IMG/VR virus record: IMGVR_UViG_3300025084_000004
Reading direction: 5' to 3' (one strand)
DNA: 35,313 bases
From: a virus
Positions 1 through 10,245 of this stretch are shown piece by piece (positions within the stretch are counted from its first letter, which is position 1; every line of letters starts with the position of its first letter). Made by a program: the position numbers and the translations under genes. The notes beneath the pieces are model-generated. The model was not told the origin of the DNA. It saw only the letters and a program-made list of their open reading frames with translations, and ran no database searches.

Positions 1-112
1 GATTGCCAAAGAATATTCAACCCAATACACTCCGTCTGAACTATCTAATTCGTAGCTGTTGGTAGAAGCGTCAAAGTTTGATTTAGTGTCATATTTAACA
101 GTGCCGTTAGTG
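1..112. repeat. Terminal overlap: nt 1-112 are identical to nt 35202-35313
   Basis: Direct comparison of the two window ends (gattgccaaagaatattcaaccc...cagtgccgttagtg). The unit length is therefore 35201 bp. Confidence 0.95.
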
Positions 113-528
113 TTAAAATCAACAACCGCATGAGCGCCATCAACGATGCCTGACTGTGTAGTTGTTAGGTCAACTTGGAAGTATTCTTTGTTAGGCTCTG
201 TTAGTATTCCAGAAACTTCGATGTTTGTGTCTAGTTTGGCTGATGTCACACTGCCATCTGGCGGCACGATAGTTTGCAAAGCCAGACCGTTATAGACCAC
301 ATAGATGTCATCAGTTGCCACCACAGAACCAGTCAGCGTTACAGTTGTGTCTGATACGCTATAAGCTGTAGTCGGCTCTTGCCGCACATTATTGATAAAC
401 AGGTCAATGCTCTCAGGTCCAGCAACAGCATGGCTCAGTGTGAGCGTGGTACCTGTAGCACCAGTCAAGTCTTGCTTGGCAGGTAGACTGCTATAAGCGT
501 TAGTGCTTTGATTACCTACATATCCCAT
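1..528 (-). CDS. Tail fibre / receptor-binding protein, N-terminal 176 codons. The gene crosses the window junction; its C-terminal part is 34872..35201.
   Basis: ATG at 528 is preceded by AGGTGA. The frame stays open to nt 1 and continues through the overlap into ORF 34872..35231, giving a joined product of 285 aa. The N-terminus MGYVGNQ...PPDGSVTSAKLDTNI parallels the N-terminus of 33179..33997. Confidence 0.8.
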   Translation of the reverse strand, partial: MGYVGNQSTNAYSSLPAKQDLTGATGTTLTLSHAVAGPESIDLFINNVRQEPTTAYSVSDTTVTLTGSVVATDDIYVVYNGLALQTIVPPDGSVTSAKLDTNIEVSGILTEPNKEYFQVDLTTTQSGIVDGAHAVVDFNTNGTVKYDTKSNFDASTNSYELDSSDGVYWVEYSLAI

Positions 529-535
529 GTGTCAC

Positions 536-925
536 CTATGTTATTACTGGCGTACTGATTGAATCAACTACAGAAACCCAAACATCTAATGAGTTTGCTG
601 TATCAGATTTAACAAATAATCTGTCCCCAGATTTTACTACAATCTTTGCTCCGCCATCCATAATCTGCAAAGCACCGCCAGCAGGTATAGGGGCACCCTT
701 TACTAAATAATATTCTTGGCTTCCAGCAGAGTCGGTAGAACCAGCGCCACCTTCAGAAGTAGTGTTGTCTGTTATAAAGATATCTACAGTAATTGCGTTT
801 GTCGCTCTGTTAGCGCAATGAATACCTACAATAGTATCCACGCTGTCGAAGTTTGCACCATCAGGAATATCTGTTGCTGCTGTGCCAACATTTCTTACTG
901 CGTATCTGTGAAAATTCTGTGCCAT
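536..925 (-). CDS. Hypothetical small protein in the virion module (129 aa, beta-rich)
   Basis: ATG at 925 with AGGAG upstream. It is packed tightly between two fibre genes. No family recognised. Confidence 0.6.
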   Translation of the reverse strand: MAQNFHRYAVRNVGTAATDIPDGANFDSVDTIVGIHCANRATNAITVDIFITDNTTSEGGAGSTDSAGSQEYYLVKGAPIPAGGALQIMDGGAKIVVKSGDRLFVKSDTANSLDVWVSVVDSISTPVIT

Positions 926-935
926 CTTATAACTC

Positions 936-2372
936 CTATAAAGCGATAGCCATTGCTATTGAAAAGCCATTAGTGGCAAAGTTTGTTGTGTCTTGGACAG
1001 CATCATTCCAATTAGCACCGTCATAAACACGAAGTATGTTATTGGTTGTATTAAAGTATAAATCACCCGCATCTAACGCCTGACTATCTGAAGGGTCTTC
1101 ATCGTATGGGTCTTGTGTTGGGTCAGAAGAATGTGCTCCAAGATATTTATTTTCAAATTCTTGCTGAACATATGACTCTGCTTTTTCTGCCCAATACCTT
1201 GCTGAGAAGTTAGAGCCATCAACCGTAGTGGTAGACGAATAAGAACCGCCGCCACCCAACGCCCATTGTTTAGCGGAGCCGCTAGTGTTCCCAGCTTGTG
1301 AGCCGATAGCATATTCTTTACTAGAATATTCACTTCCATCTACGCTAGACAAAGTTTCTGTTGCCCATTCTTTTGCGGCACCAGAACCAGCCGCGTCTGT
1401 TACGCCAACACCGCCTATTGCCCAAGCTTTAGAAGAATAGTTACCACCAGCTACAGCCCCGTCAACTTTGATAGACCATAGCTCTGCGGTATCCTCGAAT
1501 GTGCTGGCATTTGTTTCTGATGTAGCCGCCGCCGATGCACTAGCTGCGCTTTCTGTTGCGTAGTGGAGTGCAGAATACAGGCCGCTTGTGCCACCATTAG
1601 TAGCTGTTAAGGTAAAGGGTGTGTTGTGTGCTGTTACAGCGTACTTACCCGCGTCTTCTCGGTGGTCGCTTGCAGTGTTTGCTGAAGTCCCCGCTGCCGC
1701 AGCATCTACTATTAAGTCCCATTTTGCGCTATCAGCGTTTGTCGTAAGTGGCTCAGACCCTGAAGATGTGTGGGCTGTGTTTGCCATAAAGATGTTGCTG
1801 GTGGTTGTGTCTTTAACAAGGTCACGTTGCTGATAGCTTACCCCGGCAGCCCAGCTCCCTCGATTAACGCCAAGCTCTTGCGTTACAGCTAAATCACCAG
1901 AGCTATCAAACGCGAACACTTTATTTGCTCTAGTTGCTGCGTCCGTTGTGAACTCTGTTGTCGTTATGGTGTTTGTTTTGGAAACCTTAATCGAGCGGTC
2001 TAGCTCCTCCTGGATTTCCTGCGCCATAAAGGTAAGCTTATCAAGCGCGTTTTCATGGCTTTCTGCCGGAAAGGGGTCATTCGGTGTGTAGTCAGTAGCC
2101 TGTGTCAGAGCAGTGCTTCTTACAAGGAAAACCTTTTCCGTAGCAGCGGGGATGTTTCCAACAGTAAACGTAACCGTTCCACCGCCTGCGTTGCCTACGC
2201 CTGAAACAGTGTAATGCGTTCCCTTGGTCTTAACAGTTTCAGTGCCTGTAGCAATAGTTCGGATGATAACCGTAATGTCATCATCATCGAATATCTTGAA
2301 GCCATAGGTAAAGTCGGGCGTTACCCCGTCACCGTCATAGCTATTCTTTGTAAGTGTACTGCTAACTGTCAT
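936..2372 (-). CDS. Tail fibre / tailspike-like protein (478 aa)
   Basis: ATG at 2372 with AGGAGC upstream. It has an Ala/Ser-rich SAxxSA-type fibre segment. Five AK-x-W/Y-A repeats are present (SKAWAIGG, AAKEWATE, SKEYAIGS, SAKQWALGG, SARYWAEKA). The C-terminal region carries a GDLYFNTTNNILRVYDGANW motif of a type seen in phage fibres. Confidence 0.75.
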   Translation of the reverse strand: MTVSSTLTKNSYDGDGVTPDFTYGFKIFDDDDITVIIRTIATGTETVKTKGTHYTVSGVGNAGGGTVTFTVGNIPAATEKVFLVRSTALTQATDYTPNDPFPAESHENALDKLTFMAQEIQEELDRSIKVSKTNTITTTEFTTDAATRANKVFAFDSSGDLAVTQELGVNRGSWAAGVSYQQRDLVKDTTTSNIFMANTAHTSSGSEPLTTNADSAKWDLIVDAAAAGTSANTASDHREDAGKYAVTAHNTPFTLTATNGGTSGLYSALHYATESAASASAAATSETNASTFEDTAELWSIKVDGAVAGGNYSSKAWAIGGVGVTDAAGSGAAKEWATETLSSVDGSEYSSKEYAIGSQAGNTSGSAKQWALGGGGSYSSTTTVDGSNFSARYWAEKAESYVQQEFENKYLGAHSSDPTQDPYDEDPSDSQALDAGDLYFNTTNNILRVYDGANWNDAVQDTTNFATNGFSIAMAIAL

Positions 2373-2389
2373 TTTTTGCTCCTACGGAG

Positions 2390-2395
2390 ATTATA
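2390..2395 (-). promoter_or_regulatory. Perfect TATAAT (-10-like) on the minus strand in the 47-nt gap upstream of the fibre gene
   Basis: The plus strand reads ATTATA at 2390-2395. The -35 is only weak (TTTAAT at 17-nt spacing). It may be an internal promoter or may be chance. Confidence 0.25.
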
Positions 2396-2419
2396 CTGCA
2401 TTTAGGCTGAACATTAAAG

Positions 2420-4963
2420 TCATCTCACTACACCGCTCGGCGGGATGTAAAACTCCTGATTAGTGTCGTCTCTCATGCGCTTTTCCATACGCCTGAAATA
2501 ACCCGGGCTTGCAAACTCCTGAAGCTCATACAAGAACAGGTGGTCCAGAGCGAGCTTGCTGTAAAACAGGTTCATGTACGGCGTATTCCGTAACATAAGG
2601 CGAACAGACTCTGCCGCTGCATCATCTCCATCACGCCACTTAGCAAACAACTTTAGTATATCACCGGCAGTTCCAAGTGAAGGACCGGCAAATGTTTCCA
2701 GTGGGGACTGACCGTATCGGTTAAACTCTCCAAAGATAAAATCACCGTAAATACCTAAACCCCCGCCTTGTGTAAATGCCCGGAGCAAAGTGCTTTTATC
2801 AATAAATGTCTCATCGTCGAACACATCCATAGGCTCTTTGCCTTTAAGTATGTCCTTCGTTGCGTTTGCTAGATACCCCATCATGGTCGTACCCACCATC
2901 ATCTTAGCAATTCCAACCTTGCCACCTGAGACGTACTGACGACCAAGACCTTTTGTTACATAGGTAATTGGAAATCCTTTAAGCTGCATTATCATTCTAA
3001 TAGCTTCACCGGCAACAGTTCCGCGTGGTAAACCTTGGTTCATTATGGCCCGTTCTCTTGCGCCCGGCGTAGGAATTGCTGAGTCTGCGCTGTCAGTATA
3101 GTACGAGGATATTTTAGTGCGTAGCTCCGTTCTGAACGTGGCTCGCATATTGTCTGTTATGTTAATTGTTCCTAGTTGCCTAGATATAACCGGGTCAATC
3201 GCGGCATCTGTCAGTGTGTCTATAATGTCAGTTGTCAGATACTTGTTACCGTCTGCCATTGTCATGTCTAAGTCTTTAAACAAAGGCCATTCTAGCTCTG
3301 TTATACCGTAAAGCTTTAGCAGTCTTTGTGTTGAAGCTGGGACGTTAGAAAAGTCTTTGGTCGCATAGTTCGCCAAATCAGCCGCCAGCATACGGGCCAC
3401 GCCAACCTTTTGTGTGCTGTTCCACCATTGCATACCGTTTAATTTAAAGAACACTTGCTGAGCTCGAGATATTGCACCCGGTGCGCTATCGTTTGCGCTG
3501 AACCGTGCGTGTATTTCTGCGAGCTCGTTCTCAAACCCAATGTTAAGCAACAGGGCCAGCTCTTTCTGTTCCTTGCTGTTGAAGATGCGAAACGTATCGC
3601 GCATCGCCACACCGTATGACTGAAATATATTTCTATCAGTATTAGAGTTTATGAAAGCGGCCTTAGTTGCTATGTCAGAAAACGATGATATTGTAGCAAA
3701 TCCAAGCTTAGACATTGCCTGAACAGCCCTGAACCCTGATGCAATCCCTGCTGCTGTGACACTTGTTCCCAAGATTGGTGTGCCGGCACCGATAGCTCGG
3801 GTCGTTCCATCCAGTTCGGCAAACTGGTTCCTTAGTACCCGTTCACTAAACTTTTCTCTTAGTTTAGGCTTGGCCTTCAATGGTTGAGTAGCATCGTCAA
3901 TAAGCATATCAAACATATTCTTCGGGTTAGTTCCGAATGTTTCTAATAGCGCTATTGACTGGGCATCGTGTGACAAAGCTGAGAACACAGAGTCCCTTAA
4001 TGGCTGCCTGCTATACTCGTTTGCATATGCGAATGAAGATTCCCCGTCCTTGAAGTGCAACACTCTTTCCGCGCTCATCTTCTTTGCAAGGTTTCCTGCA
4101 CCTCTGTACGCAGATAGCCGGGACTCAACACCGTCTGCACCATATAATGCATCTGTCTTGCGATGGTCGCCGCTAACAAGATTGTCATATATATCACCCA
4201 AGAACTTTTCTTCGGTCATAGCTGAACCATCTCTGGCTCTCGCAGGCATGTCTTCTAGGGTCTTTTCTAAATCCAAGAGCGGCTTTATAAAGTTAATCCA
4301 CTTATTCTTGTCTTCTAGCGTACCCTTGCCGCGCATCAACAATACATCATGGGCCTGCCTAACTACATAGTTTGCCAGTGTGCCGATGTTTGCGCCTGCC
4401 CTGTTCTTTCTGTCTATGCCTGTCTTTTGCATGTTTCTGATAGCCTCTGCTATCTTCCGGGCATTTGCGTCTCCGCTCGTACCGAGGCCATCAAACAGTT
4501 CTTTATATATTTGTGCATCAAGCTCACCAGACTTAAACAGCTCAAGAGTGTCGGAGCGCCTTAGGTCAGCTAAAAACACACCGGCTGTATCTCCGAGGAT
4601 TGCTTTACCTTTTGCATCAACACTATACAAACCACGGCGAGCATCACCTACCATGATAGAGGAAAGAACCTTACTAGGGTTGTCTGGGTCTGAGTCCAGA
4701 GCTGTCTTTAGTGTGCCGTAAACACGGGCGTTGATTAGCGCGTTTCTTTTCTGAAGAGCTGCATTTAGCTTAGCGCCTTGGGATATATTCTGAGCTTCTT
4801 CTATAAGCTCGTTTAGCGCAGCTTCACCAACAACAGGAGTAGACCTTTTGTCTATCTTGTCCTGCACCCTAGCAAGGATGTCGTTGATTTCGTCTTTACC
4901 TAGTTGTGTACCAAACTTACTGGCAACATCTAACAGCTCTTGAGCGCAAACCTTAATACTCAT
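2420..4963 (-). CDS. Internal virion / ejection protein (847 aa)
   Basis: Large ORF with ATG at 4963 and GAGG upstream. Its position between nozzle and fibres matches the T7 gp14-16 block. No enzymatic motif recognised. Confidence 0.6.
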   Translation of the reverse strand: MSIKVCAQELLDVASKFGTQLGKDEINDILARVQDKIDKRSTPVVGEAALNELIEEAQNISQGAKLNAALQKRNALINARVYGTLKTALDSDPDNPSKVLSSIMVGDARRGLYSVDAKGKAILGDTAGVFLADLRRSDTLELFKSGELDAQIYKELFDGLGTSGDANARKIAEAIRNMQKTGIDRKNRAGANIGTLANYVVRQAHDVLLMRGKGTLEDKNKWINFIKPLLDLEKTLEDMPARARDGSAMTEEKFLGDIYDNLVSGDHRKTDALYGADGVESRLSAYRGAGNLAKKMSAERVLHFKDGESSFAYANEYSRQPLRDSVFSALSHDAQSIALLETFGTNPKNMFDMLIDDATQPLKAKPKLREKFSERVLRNQFAELDGTTRAIGAGTPILGTSVTAAGIASGFRAVQAMSKLGFATISSFSDIATKAAFINSNTDRNIFQSYGVAMRDTFRIFNSKEQKELALLLNIGFENELAEIHARFSANDSAPGAISRAQQVFFKLNGMQWWNSTQKVGVARMLAADLANYATKDFSNVPASTQRLLKLYGITELEWPLFKDLDMTMADGNKYLTTDIIDTLTDAAIDPVISRQLGTINITDNMRATFRTELRTKISSYYTDSADSAIPTPGARERAIMNQGLPRGTVAGEAIRMIMQLKGFPITYVTKGLGRQYVSGGKVGIAKMMVGTTMMGYLANATKDILKGKEPMDVFDDETFIDKSTLLRAFTQGGGLGIYGDFIFGEFNRYGQSPLETFAGPSLGTAGDILKLFAKWRDGDDAAAESVRLMLRNTPYMNLFYSKLALDHLFLYELQEFASPGYFRRMEKRMRDDTNQEFYIPPSGVVR

Positions 4964-4964
4964 G

Positions 4965-6770
4965 CTAACCTCTGTAATTTCTGTTCATACAAACGGCACC
5001 GGCCCGGGCAACTTCATCGTAGCCTGTCTCTGCTTTTTGTATAAGCTCATCAGCAGATTCAATATCGTCCAGTAAGTCCTGCCGTATTGTGCCACGCATT
5101 GTATCTATGTCCAACTCAAGCAACCTGTTCTCTTCTGCAACCCGGGAAAGCTCTAGCTCTTCTATGTCGCCGCCTGCCGCGTCCTGTTCAGCTAGCTTCG
5201 GCTTCATGTCTGCATCTTCGCCAAGAAGATAGTCTTTAGTTCTACCTTCCTGCATCAAGGCTTCTGACTCTTCCAAGGTAATCGACCCGCCATCGTCTAC
5301 TGGCAAAGCGTCCACTTCTTCCATGTCGCCATACGGGTCCATTGTGTTCGCATCAATCTTGATTAAGTTTTCTTCTATTTCACGGAGGGCACCATCAAAG
5401 TCCTCGTTTGTCATCCCTTTGGGGTCGATGCCGTATTTTTCTGCTAAAGTGCGTAGCTCTTGGGCTTTTTCAAATGCGACTAATGCGCCCTCGTCACCCG
5501 CTCTTAGCTTTGGCGAACCACCTTCGTACTCGTCTGCAACAGCATCTATAAGGTCGTTAATACCCAAAGTGTCCGGGGCATCTGGAACCGCTTCTGGAAA
5601 AAACCCCTCTTCCCTTGCTGATGTAAGCGCTTGCTCAACGGTCAAGCCGCCTTTCTTGTATATGTTCCCTCCAAAGAAAGGCACCCGCTTTTTAAGGTCA
5701 TCTGCCCCGGCGCTATTCGGGTCTATTTTATTTCCAGACTTCCGAAGAAATGATAGCAACCCTTTGGGCATAGTTGCTTTGAGTACAGACGGGATAGCGT
5801 TGCCTTTGCGCTTATACTTCGCATCTATAGGCACACCGGTTTCAAGGTCGTACAAGCGACGCGGCTGGTCAACTATCTTCTGTGTTAGTATCTGACCAGT
5901 TTCAGGGTCAACCGTTCTTTCGACGGTAGAGGCAAGCTCGCTTTCACGGGCCGCTATTCTTTCGTTAGCCCTCTGTATTATCTCAATGTCTGCTTGCCTT
6001 TCGGCTTGAGCGTGTAACTCACCGGCCCTAATCGGCTGGCCACTAAGAGCTTGTCCCGTTGCGACAGCTAACGCCTCTCTTTTAGATTTTGATTTTTCTA
6101 TAGTGTCGGATATTCTACCAAACCCAGCATGAAGCCCACCACCCAGAACAGTGCCAAAGGTCACGTTCATAAAGCTGTCCATCAAGTTATAGTCGGTATC
6201 CTGCTCTAAGGTTGCTTGCCCAAGAATAAGTGGCTCTATAAGGGTTGCCTGTGCCGCTCCATCAATAGCCCCGGCGACAAACCTGCCTCCATTCTTGCCG
6301 TACTTCTGCATCATCAGTGCTGCTCGAGCAATACTTACATTCGGAAAGAAAACACCGGCAGCCACGTTTAGCGGGTCAAGCATACTCCCAGCAAGCCCAA
6401 CACCAAACTGTGCAGCCATCAAACCCATGCCACCTCTCGAGCGGCTTAACGTAAGGTTTATCTCTTCTCGCCGGTCCTTGCTTTCAGCTAACAGCTCCGC
6501 AAGTCCCTCAGTAATACCGTCGTCATTGACCTCTATACCTTCGCGGAAGAACTCGCTCTCTTGGTATTCCTGCTTGGTAAGTAACTGTCCCCGGCGACCT
6601 TTGCCGGTCTGTTGCTCGAAGAAACGCCCGGCTGCACTCAAGGGATTATAGTAAAGCGTGTCCTCTAGCGTGGCTCCGAGAACATCCATAGTGCCAACCT
6701 TGGAGTTTTTAAAATACTCGTCCCTCGCAGTCGCATCAAAACTTTGTTCTGGGATATAGTAATCAACCAC
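4965..6770 (-). CDS. Internal virion / ejection protein (601 aa, acidic C-terminal half)
   Basis: GTG start at 6770 overlaps the upstream stop (TAGTG). The call rests on position in the internal-protein block. Confidence 0.55.
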   Translation of the reverse strand: MVDYYIPEQSFDATARDEYFKNSKVGTMDVLGATLEDTLYYNPLSAAGRFFEQQTGKGRRGQLLTKQEYQESEFFREGIEVNDDGITEGLAELLAESKDRREEINLTLSRSRGGMGLMAAQFGVGLAGSMLDPLNVAAGVFFPNVSIARAALMMQKYGKNGGRFVAGAIDGAAQATLIEPLILGQATLEQDTDYNLMDSFMNVTFGTVLGGGLHAGFGRISDTIEKSKSKREALAVATGQALSGQPIRAGELHAQAERQADIEIIQRANERIAARESELASTVERTVDPETGQILTQKIVDQPRRLYDLETGVPIDAKYKRKGNAIPSVLKATMPKGLLSFLRKSGNKIDPNSAGADDLKKRVPFFGGNIYKKGGLTVEQALTSAREEGFFPEAVPDAPDTLGINDLIDAVADEYEGGSPKLRAGDEGALVAFEKAQELRTLAEKYGIDPKGMTNEDFDGALREIEENLIKIDANTMDPYGDMEEVDALPVDDGGSITLEESEALMQEGRTKDYLLGEDADMKPKLAEQDAAGGDIEELELSRVAEENRLLELDIDTMRGTIRQDLLDDIESADELIQKAETGYDEVARAGAVCMNRNYRG

Positions 6771-9358
6771 TAGAATATTTCCTTGCGCTCAATATCTTTC
6801 GCCGCTTCAAAGCGCTCCTTACGCTCTGTACCGAACCAGAAAGATTCGTCCCTAAGTTCGCCTGCCTCAGATGCCATCGAGAATACTTCCTCAAACTTAA
6901 CCATTACAAAAGCATCTTTAGCAGAAGAAAACGGAGCTTCAGGGTCAGACTTTCTTTGAACCATATTACCTTCTTTATCTACGAGATAAACACCGCTATT
7001 GTCTGTGTTTGTTACCCAGTAACCTTCCTGCGATATTTCGTTTGCGTACACTTGTGCTGAGACAAGGTTGCCTGCTTCTGGCGGCTCAATTATGCTAGCA
7101 AGTTTTTCTGAATTTCTATTCAAAGACTTTTCTAGGATTGAGGCCATCTCATTCGCTCTGCCCTCGTACCCCTTCTTCATTCTAAATGTTTGACCGTTTA
7201 CCTCGCCAAATGAAAACCGGCTACCCACTACGTTGTCCACCGCCATCTTTACAGCGTCATCAACACTAAGGCTGTCATCCGCCATCTTGTAGTACATGGC
7301 AGTGTTTGCAACAATCTTGTTCATAGAGGCAACATGAAGCATGCGAGAGTCCGTAGCGGCACGGGACATAACCCCACCGATTTGCCCACCAACGATACTA
7401 GAACCATACTCTGTATTAGTAGCTGATACCGCAGCCGTAAACTCTCTTCTCTCTTTCGCGGTAAAGGCTTCATTGTAAGACTTTACAACTTCAGGATTGT
7501 TCGCCGCATCAAGAGCAAAGTTCTTAGCGTTCTGTGGAGAACCTGTAATAAGCTGGTCAGCAAGTGAAAGAACATCTTGCTTTGCAAGGTTACGCATGAC
7601 AACCTTCTTCTCGTCTTCAGTAAACTGAGCAAAAAGCTTGTTGGCAATCTCAGACTTTTCGTTGTAATCCTTTGCTCCGGCATATTCATTCTTGAAGTCA
7701 AGAACCTGCTTATTAGACAAAATACGAATATCCATAGACGCGATGCCCATGTTGGCTTGCTTCTGAATAAGCTGCCTAGTGCTTAACGTAGCCGTTTCGT
7801 CATTCTGTTCTTTTCTGTATTCACTGGTGATAAAAGCTGCTGGGTCAGAAGTTATTGCTTCAGAGCGAGCAGCCATCATTGCATCAAAGTTCTTTATAGT
7901 ATTTATAGCGTTCACTCGTTCTCGAGGTGACAAACTAGGGTCGTTCTTTGCATTTACAAGCTCCGCTCTTGCTGTGGCTATTGCGCCCGGGGGTGCGTAT
8001 TTCAAAGCAGAATACTCCGCGCCTGCCGCTTTAATGGAAACTAAGCTATCTTGAAATGCTTGTGCTCCTGCTTCATCACCTATTTCTGTGTATAGTTCAG
8101 AAGTGTCGGCTATTAACTTTTGGGTTGCCTCATCAGGTTGACCGTTACTGCGCTGTAGTATGTCCAAAATAGCTGTTGAGTTTGTAGATATCTCATTTTT
8201 TATTTTTGGTTCCCTAGTAGAAATTTCTGCTTGAAGCATCCGCTCTACAACATTTCTTGCAGGGAGCCCCATCGAGCCAAGCTCACCTTCGCCACGCTCG
8301 GTAGCTTCGCGTAATTCTTGTATATCGCTTAGTGTCATGTCGGGTATTTGCTTGGCAATGCTGTCTGTCATCACTCGTTCATTTTCACCAGACTGCACAT
8401 CTCTGGATGTGCGTAATGACGTAGCCAATGCCTTTAGTTTGCTGTCAGGAATATTGGCAGTGGAAATGGTCATTACCTCGCCGTTACGTTCTATAGTAAT
8501 GTTCTGCCCTTTTTGGGTTTGTTCTATAGCATCGTTAAACTCGTCATCACTTAAATCTGCCATAAACACTTCGCCAGAAATACGGTCAGACTCTTCACTA
8601 ATAAGTATATTGCGACGTTGCGTAATTGAAGTTTGGTATGCGAGCCTTTGGCTTGCATTTAAATCCATGCCTTTTACTTGCTCAGATATTTCATCAAAGT
8701 CTGACAGTGATGTTGCAGCACTAAGGGCCACAGAAACATTTTCTAGGCCAGCAGCTTTAGCCCACGAATTTATGCTGTAGTTGGAGCTAAGACCCCTCTG
8801 TTGCATTTGATTGATTATGTCGTTTGCCCGTGACTGTAACACGGCTTGCATTTCTGGGTCAGCCGTAGAGCTGTACTGAGTCTTTAGCGTCTCCAGCTCT
8901 GCGTTTCGGGCTTGGCTTGTTAGCGTCAAGTCATTCCTAAACGCAACCTTCTTAGCGTCTACTGCCTTGGTCAGCATGGTGCGGGATATGTTCTGTTTGA
9001 TAGCCGCCTTCTGGGAGCTCGTTAAATTCATGCCATCTACTTTATTAAGTAAAGGCTTCTCTACTGTGTCGCGCAAACCTGCTGCCGCTGCCTCAGTATT
9101 CGTTTCCTGTAGCCCTAAGTTATATGCTTCAGCTTCCTCAAAGGCTTGTGCTGTCATTTCGCTGGTGAGTCGGTCCGTAGTATTCTTTTTTTGCTCTTGC
9201 CCAAACTGAAAAGCAATCTGCCCAGCAGTTTCAGCAAGGCCCATCATGCCGCGACCAGCCGCAGTAAATGCGTTCATATCGGGTCTACGAGATAGCTGGC
9301 CTGCTTCTAACTGGACTGTAGTACCAAGGCCTTTTCCATATAACGGTATTTTGGGCAT
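6770..9358 (-). CDS. Internal virion / ejection protein (862 aa)
   Basis: ATG at 9358. Largest ORF in the genome, long helical-looking sequence. The call rests on position. Confidence 0.6.
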   Translation of the reverse strand: MPKIPLYGKGLGTTVQLEAGQLSRRPDMNAFTAAGRGMMGLAETAGQIAFQFGQEQKKNTTDRLTSEMTAQAFEEAEAYNLGLQETNTEAAAAGLRDTVEKPLLNKVDGMNLTSSQKAAIKQNISRTMLTKAVDAKKVAFRNDLTLTSQARNAELETLKTQYSSTADPEMQAVLQSRANDIINQMQQRGLSSNYSINSWAKAAGLENVSVALSAATSLSDFDEISEQVKGMDLNASQRLAYQTSITQRRNILISEESDRISGEVFMADLSDDEFNDAIEQTQKGQNITIERNGEVMTISTANIPDSKLKALATSLRTSRDVQSGENERVMTDSIAKQIPDMTLSDIQELREATERGEGELGSMGLPARNVVERMLQAEISTREPKIKNEISTNSTAILDILQRSNGQPDEATQKLIADTSELYTEIGDEAGAQAFQDSLVSIKAAGAEYSALKYAPPGAIATARAELVNAKNDPSLSPRERVNAINTIKNFDAMMAARSEAITSDPAAFITSEYRKEQNDETATLSTRQLIQKQANMGIASMDIRILSNKQVLDFKNEYAGAKDYNEKSEIANKLFAQFTEDEKKVVMRNLAKQDVLSLADQLITGSPQNAKNFALDAANNPEVVKSYNEAFTAKERREFTAAVSATNTEYGSSIVGGQIGGVMSRAATDSRMLHVASMNKIVANTAMYYKMADDSLSVDDAVKMAVDNVVGSRFSFGEVNGQTFRMKKGYEGRANEMASILEKSLNRNSEKLASIIEPPEAGNLVSAQVYANEISQEGYWVTNTDNSGVYLVDKEGNMVQRKSDPEAPFSSAKDAFVMVKFEEVFSMASEAGELRDESFWFGTERKERFEAAKDIERKEIF

Positions 9359-9361
9359 CTC

Positions 9362-9823
9362 TTATCCTAACAATGTTGCTGCGCGGGTACCGCCAGAAAG
9401 TAACGCCTGATAGCCCTGCATCTTAAAGGCACTCTGCCTAGCTCTACTTTCTATGGAGTTCAGCGCCATGTCTGCCTCCGCCTTAGTCTCAGCTATGTCT
9501 CCTGCGTACTGTATTTTCAGGGCGTCCATCTCTGTATTAAAATGTGTGTCAGCTAACGCTTGCAAAGCACTGCCGGACATCTGCACCCCAGACGCAGCCG
9601 TTGCGACCCTCTGTTGTCCTATAAGGCGCTTTGACTCTGTGCGTAGGTTAGCTTCCTGCTCTGCCTTCTGGCGTTGCAGAAGGATAAGCTCTTGCTCTGT
9701 TACTTCGTTTCGGTAATTAGTAACAGCGGCGTCTGCCTTTGCAGCGGCCTTTGAACCCTTAAGGCCCATAATGCCACTAAGAGCTGCACCACCTGCTGCT
9801 GCCATAGTTATTGGTTCTGGCAT
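9362..9823 (-). CDS. Small internal virion protein candidate (153 aa, Ala/Gly-rich hydrophobic N-terminus)
   Basis: ATG at 9823 with GAGG 6 nt upstream. It is the first gene of the internal-protein block. Confidence 0.5.
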   Translation of the reverse strand: MPEPITMAAAGGAALSGIMGLKGSKAAAKADAAVTNYRNEVTEQELILLQRQKAEQEANLRTESKRLIGQQRVATAASGVQMSGSALQALADTHFNTEMDALKIQYAGDIAETKAEADMALNSIESRARQSAFKMQGYQALLSGGTRAATLLG

Positions 9824-10245
9824 CTTAACCTCGCCAATCTGCGATAATCGCCGCCATCTGGTCCAAACTTTTCCATAAGTCCTTCATCCTTAAAACCTAG
9901 CCAGTCAGCAAACCGTAAAGCTCTAGTGTCATTCACGGATACACTGGCTTGCATCCGCCATAAGTCATTGTCGTTCATTATAGTCTCAAACAGCTTTCCT
10001 GTATATCTAGCAACTGTTTTAGGAGAACCGTAGCCATTCTTTGCCATGATTATCCAACCTTCAGCTACGCCTTCCCACAAAACATGGCATCCTGCACAAG
10101 CAAGTAACTCGTCATCCAAAAACAAACTAAGACCAAATACGCTTTCATGGTTGGCGAACATCTGCCTTGCAGATAAAGGAAAGTCGTAGTCTGTTTCAAT
10201 TAGCCAAACATGCTCTTCATCAAGAGGCACTAACTTATACGTCAA
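9808..10245 (-). CDS. GNAT-fold acyl/acetyltransferase-like protein (145 aa)
   Basis: The C-terminal half (WRMQASVSVNDTRALRFADWLGFKDEGLMEKFGPDGGDY) matches the usual GNAT beta4-alpha3..LGF..EG pattern. TTG start at 10245, with GGAGG 10 nt upstream. Confidence 0.5.
   Translation of the reverse strand: MTYKLVPLDEEHVWLIETDYDFPLSARQMFANHESVFGLSLFLDDELLACAGCHVLWEGVAEGWIIMAKNGYGSPKTVARYTGKLFETIMNDNDLWRMQASVSVNDTRALRFADWLGFKDEGLMEKFGPDGGDYRRLARLRCQNQ

Noticed and set aside
5323-5895. Long antisense ORFs inside the big structural genes, for example 5323-5895, 8337-8780, 19060-19578, 4050-4721, 11187-11845 and 12026-12791.
   Set aside because: They lie entirely within well-supported opposite-strand genes. 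They have Ser/Cys/Leu-rich junk-like composition and no RBS.
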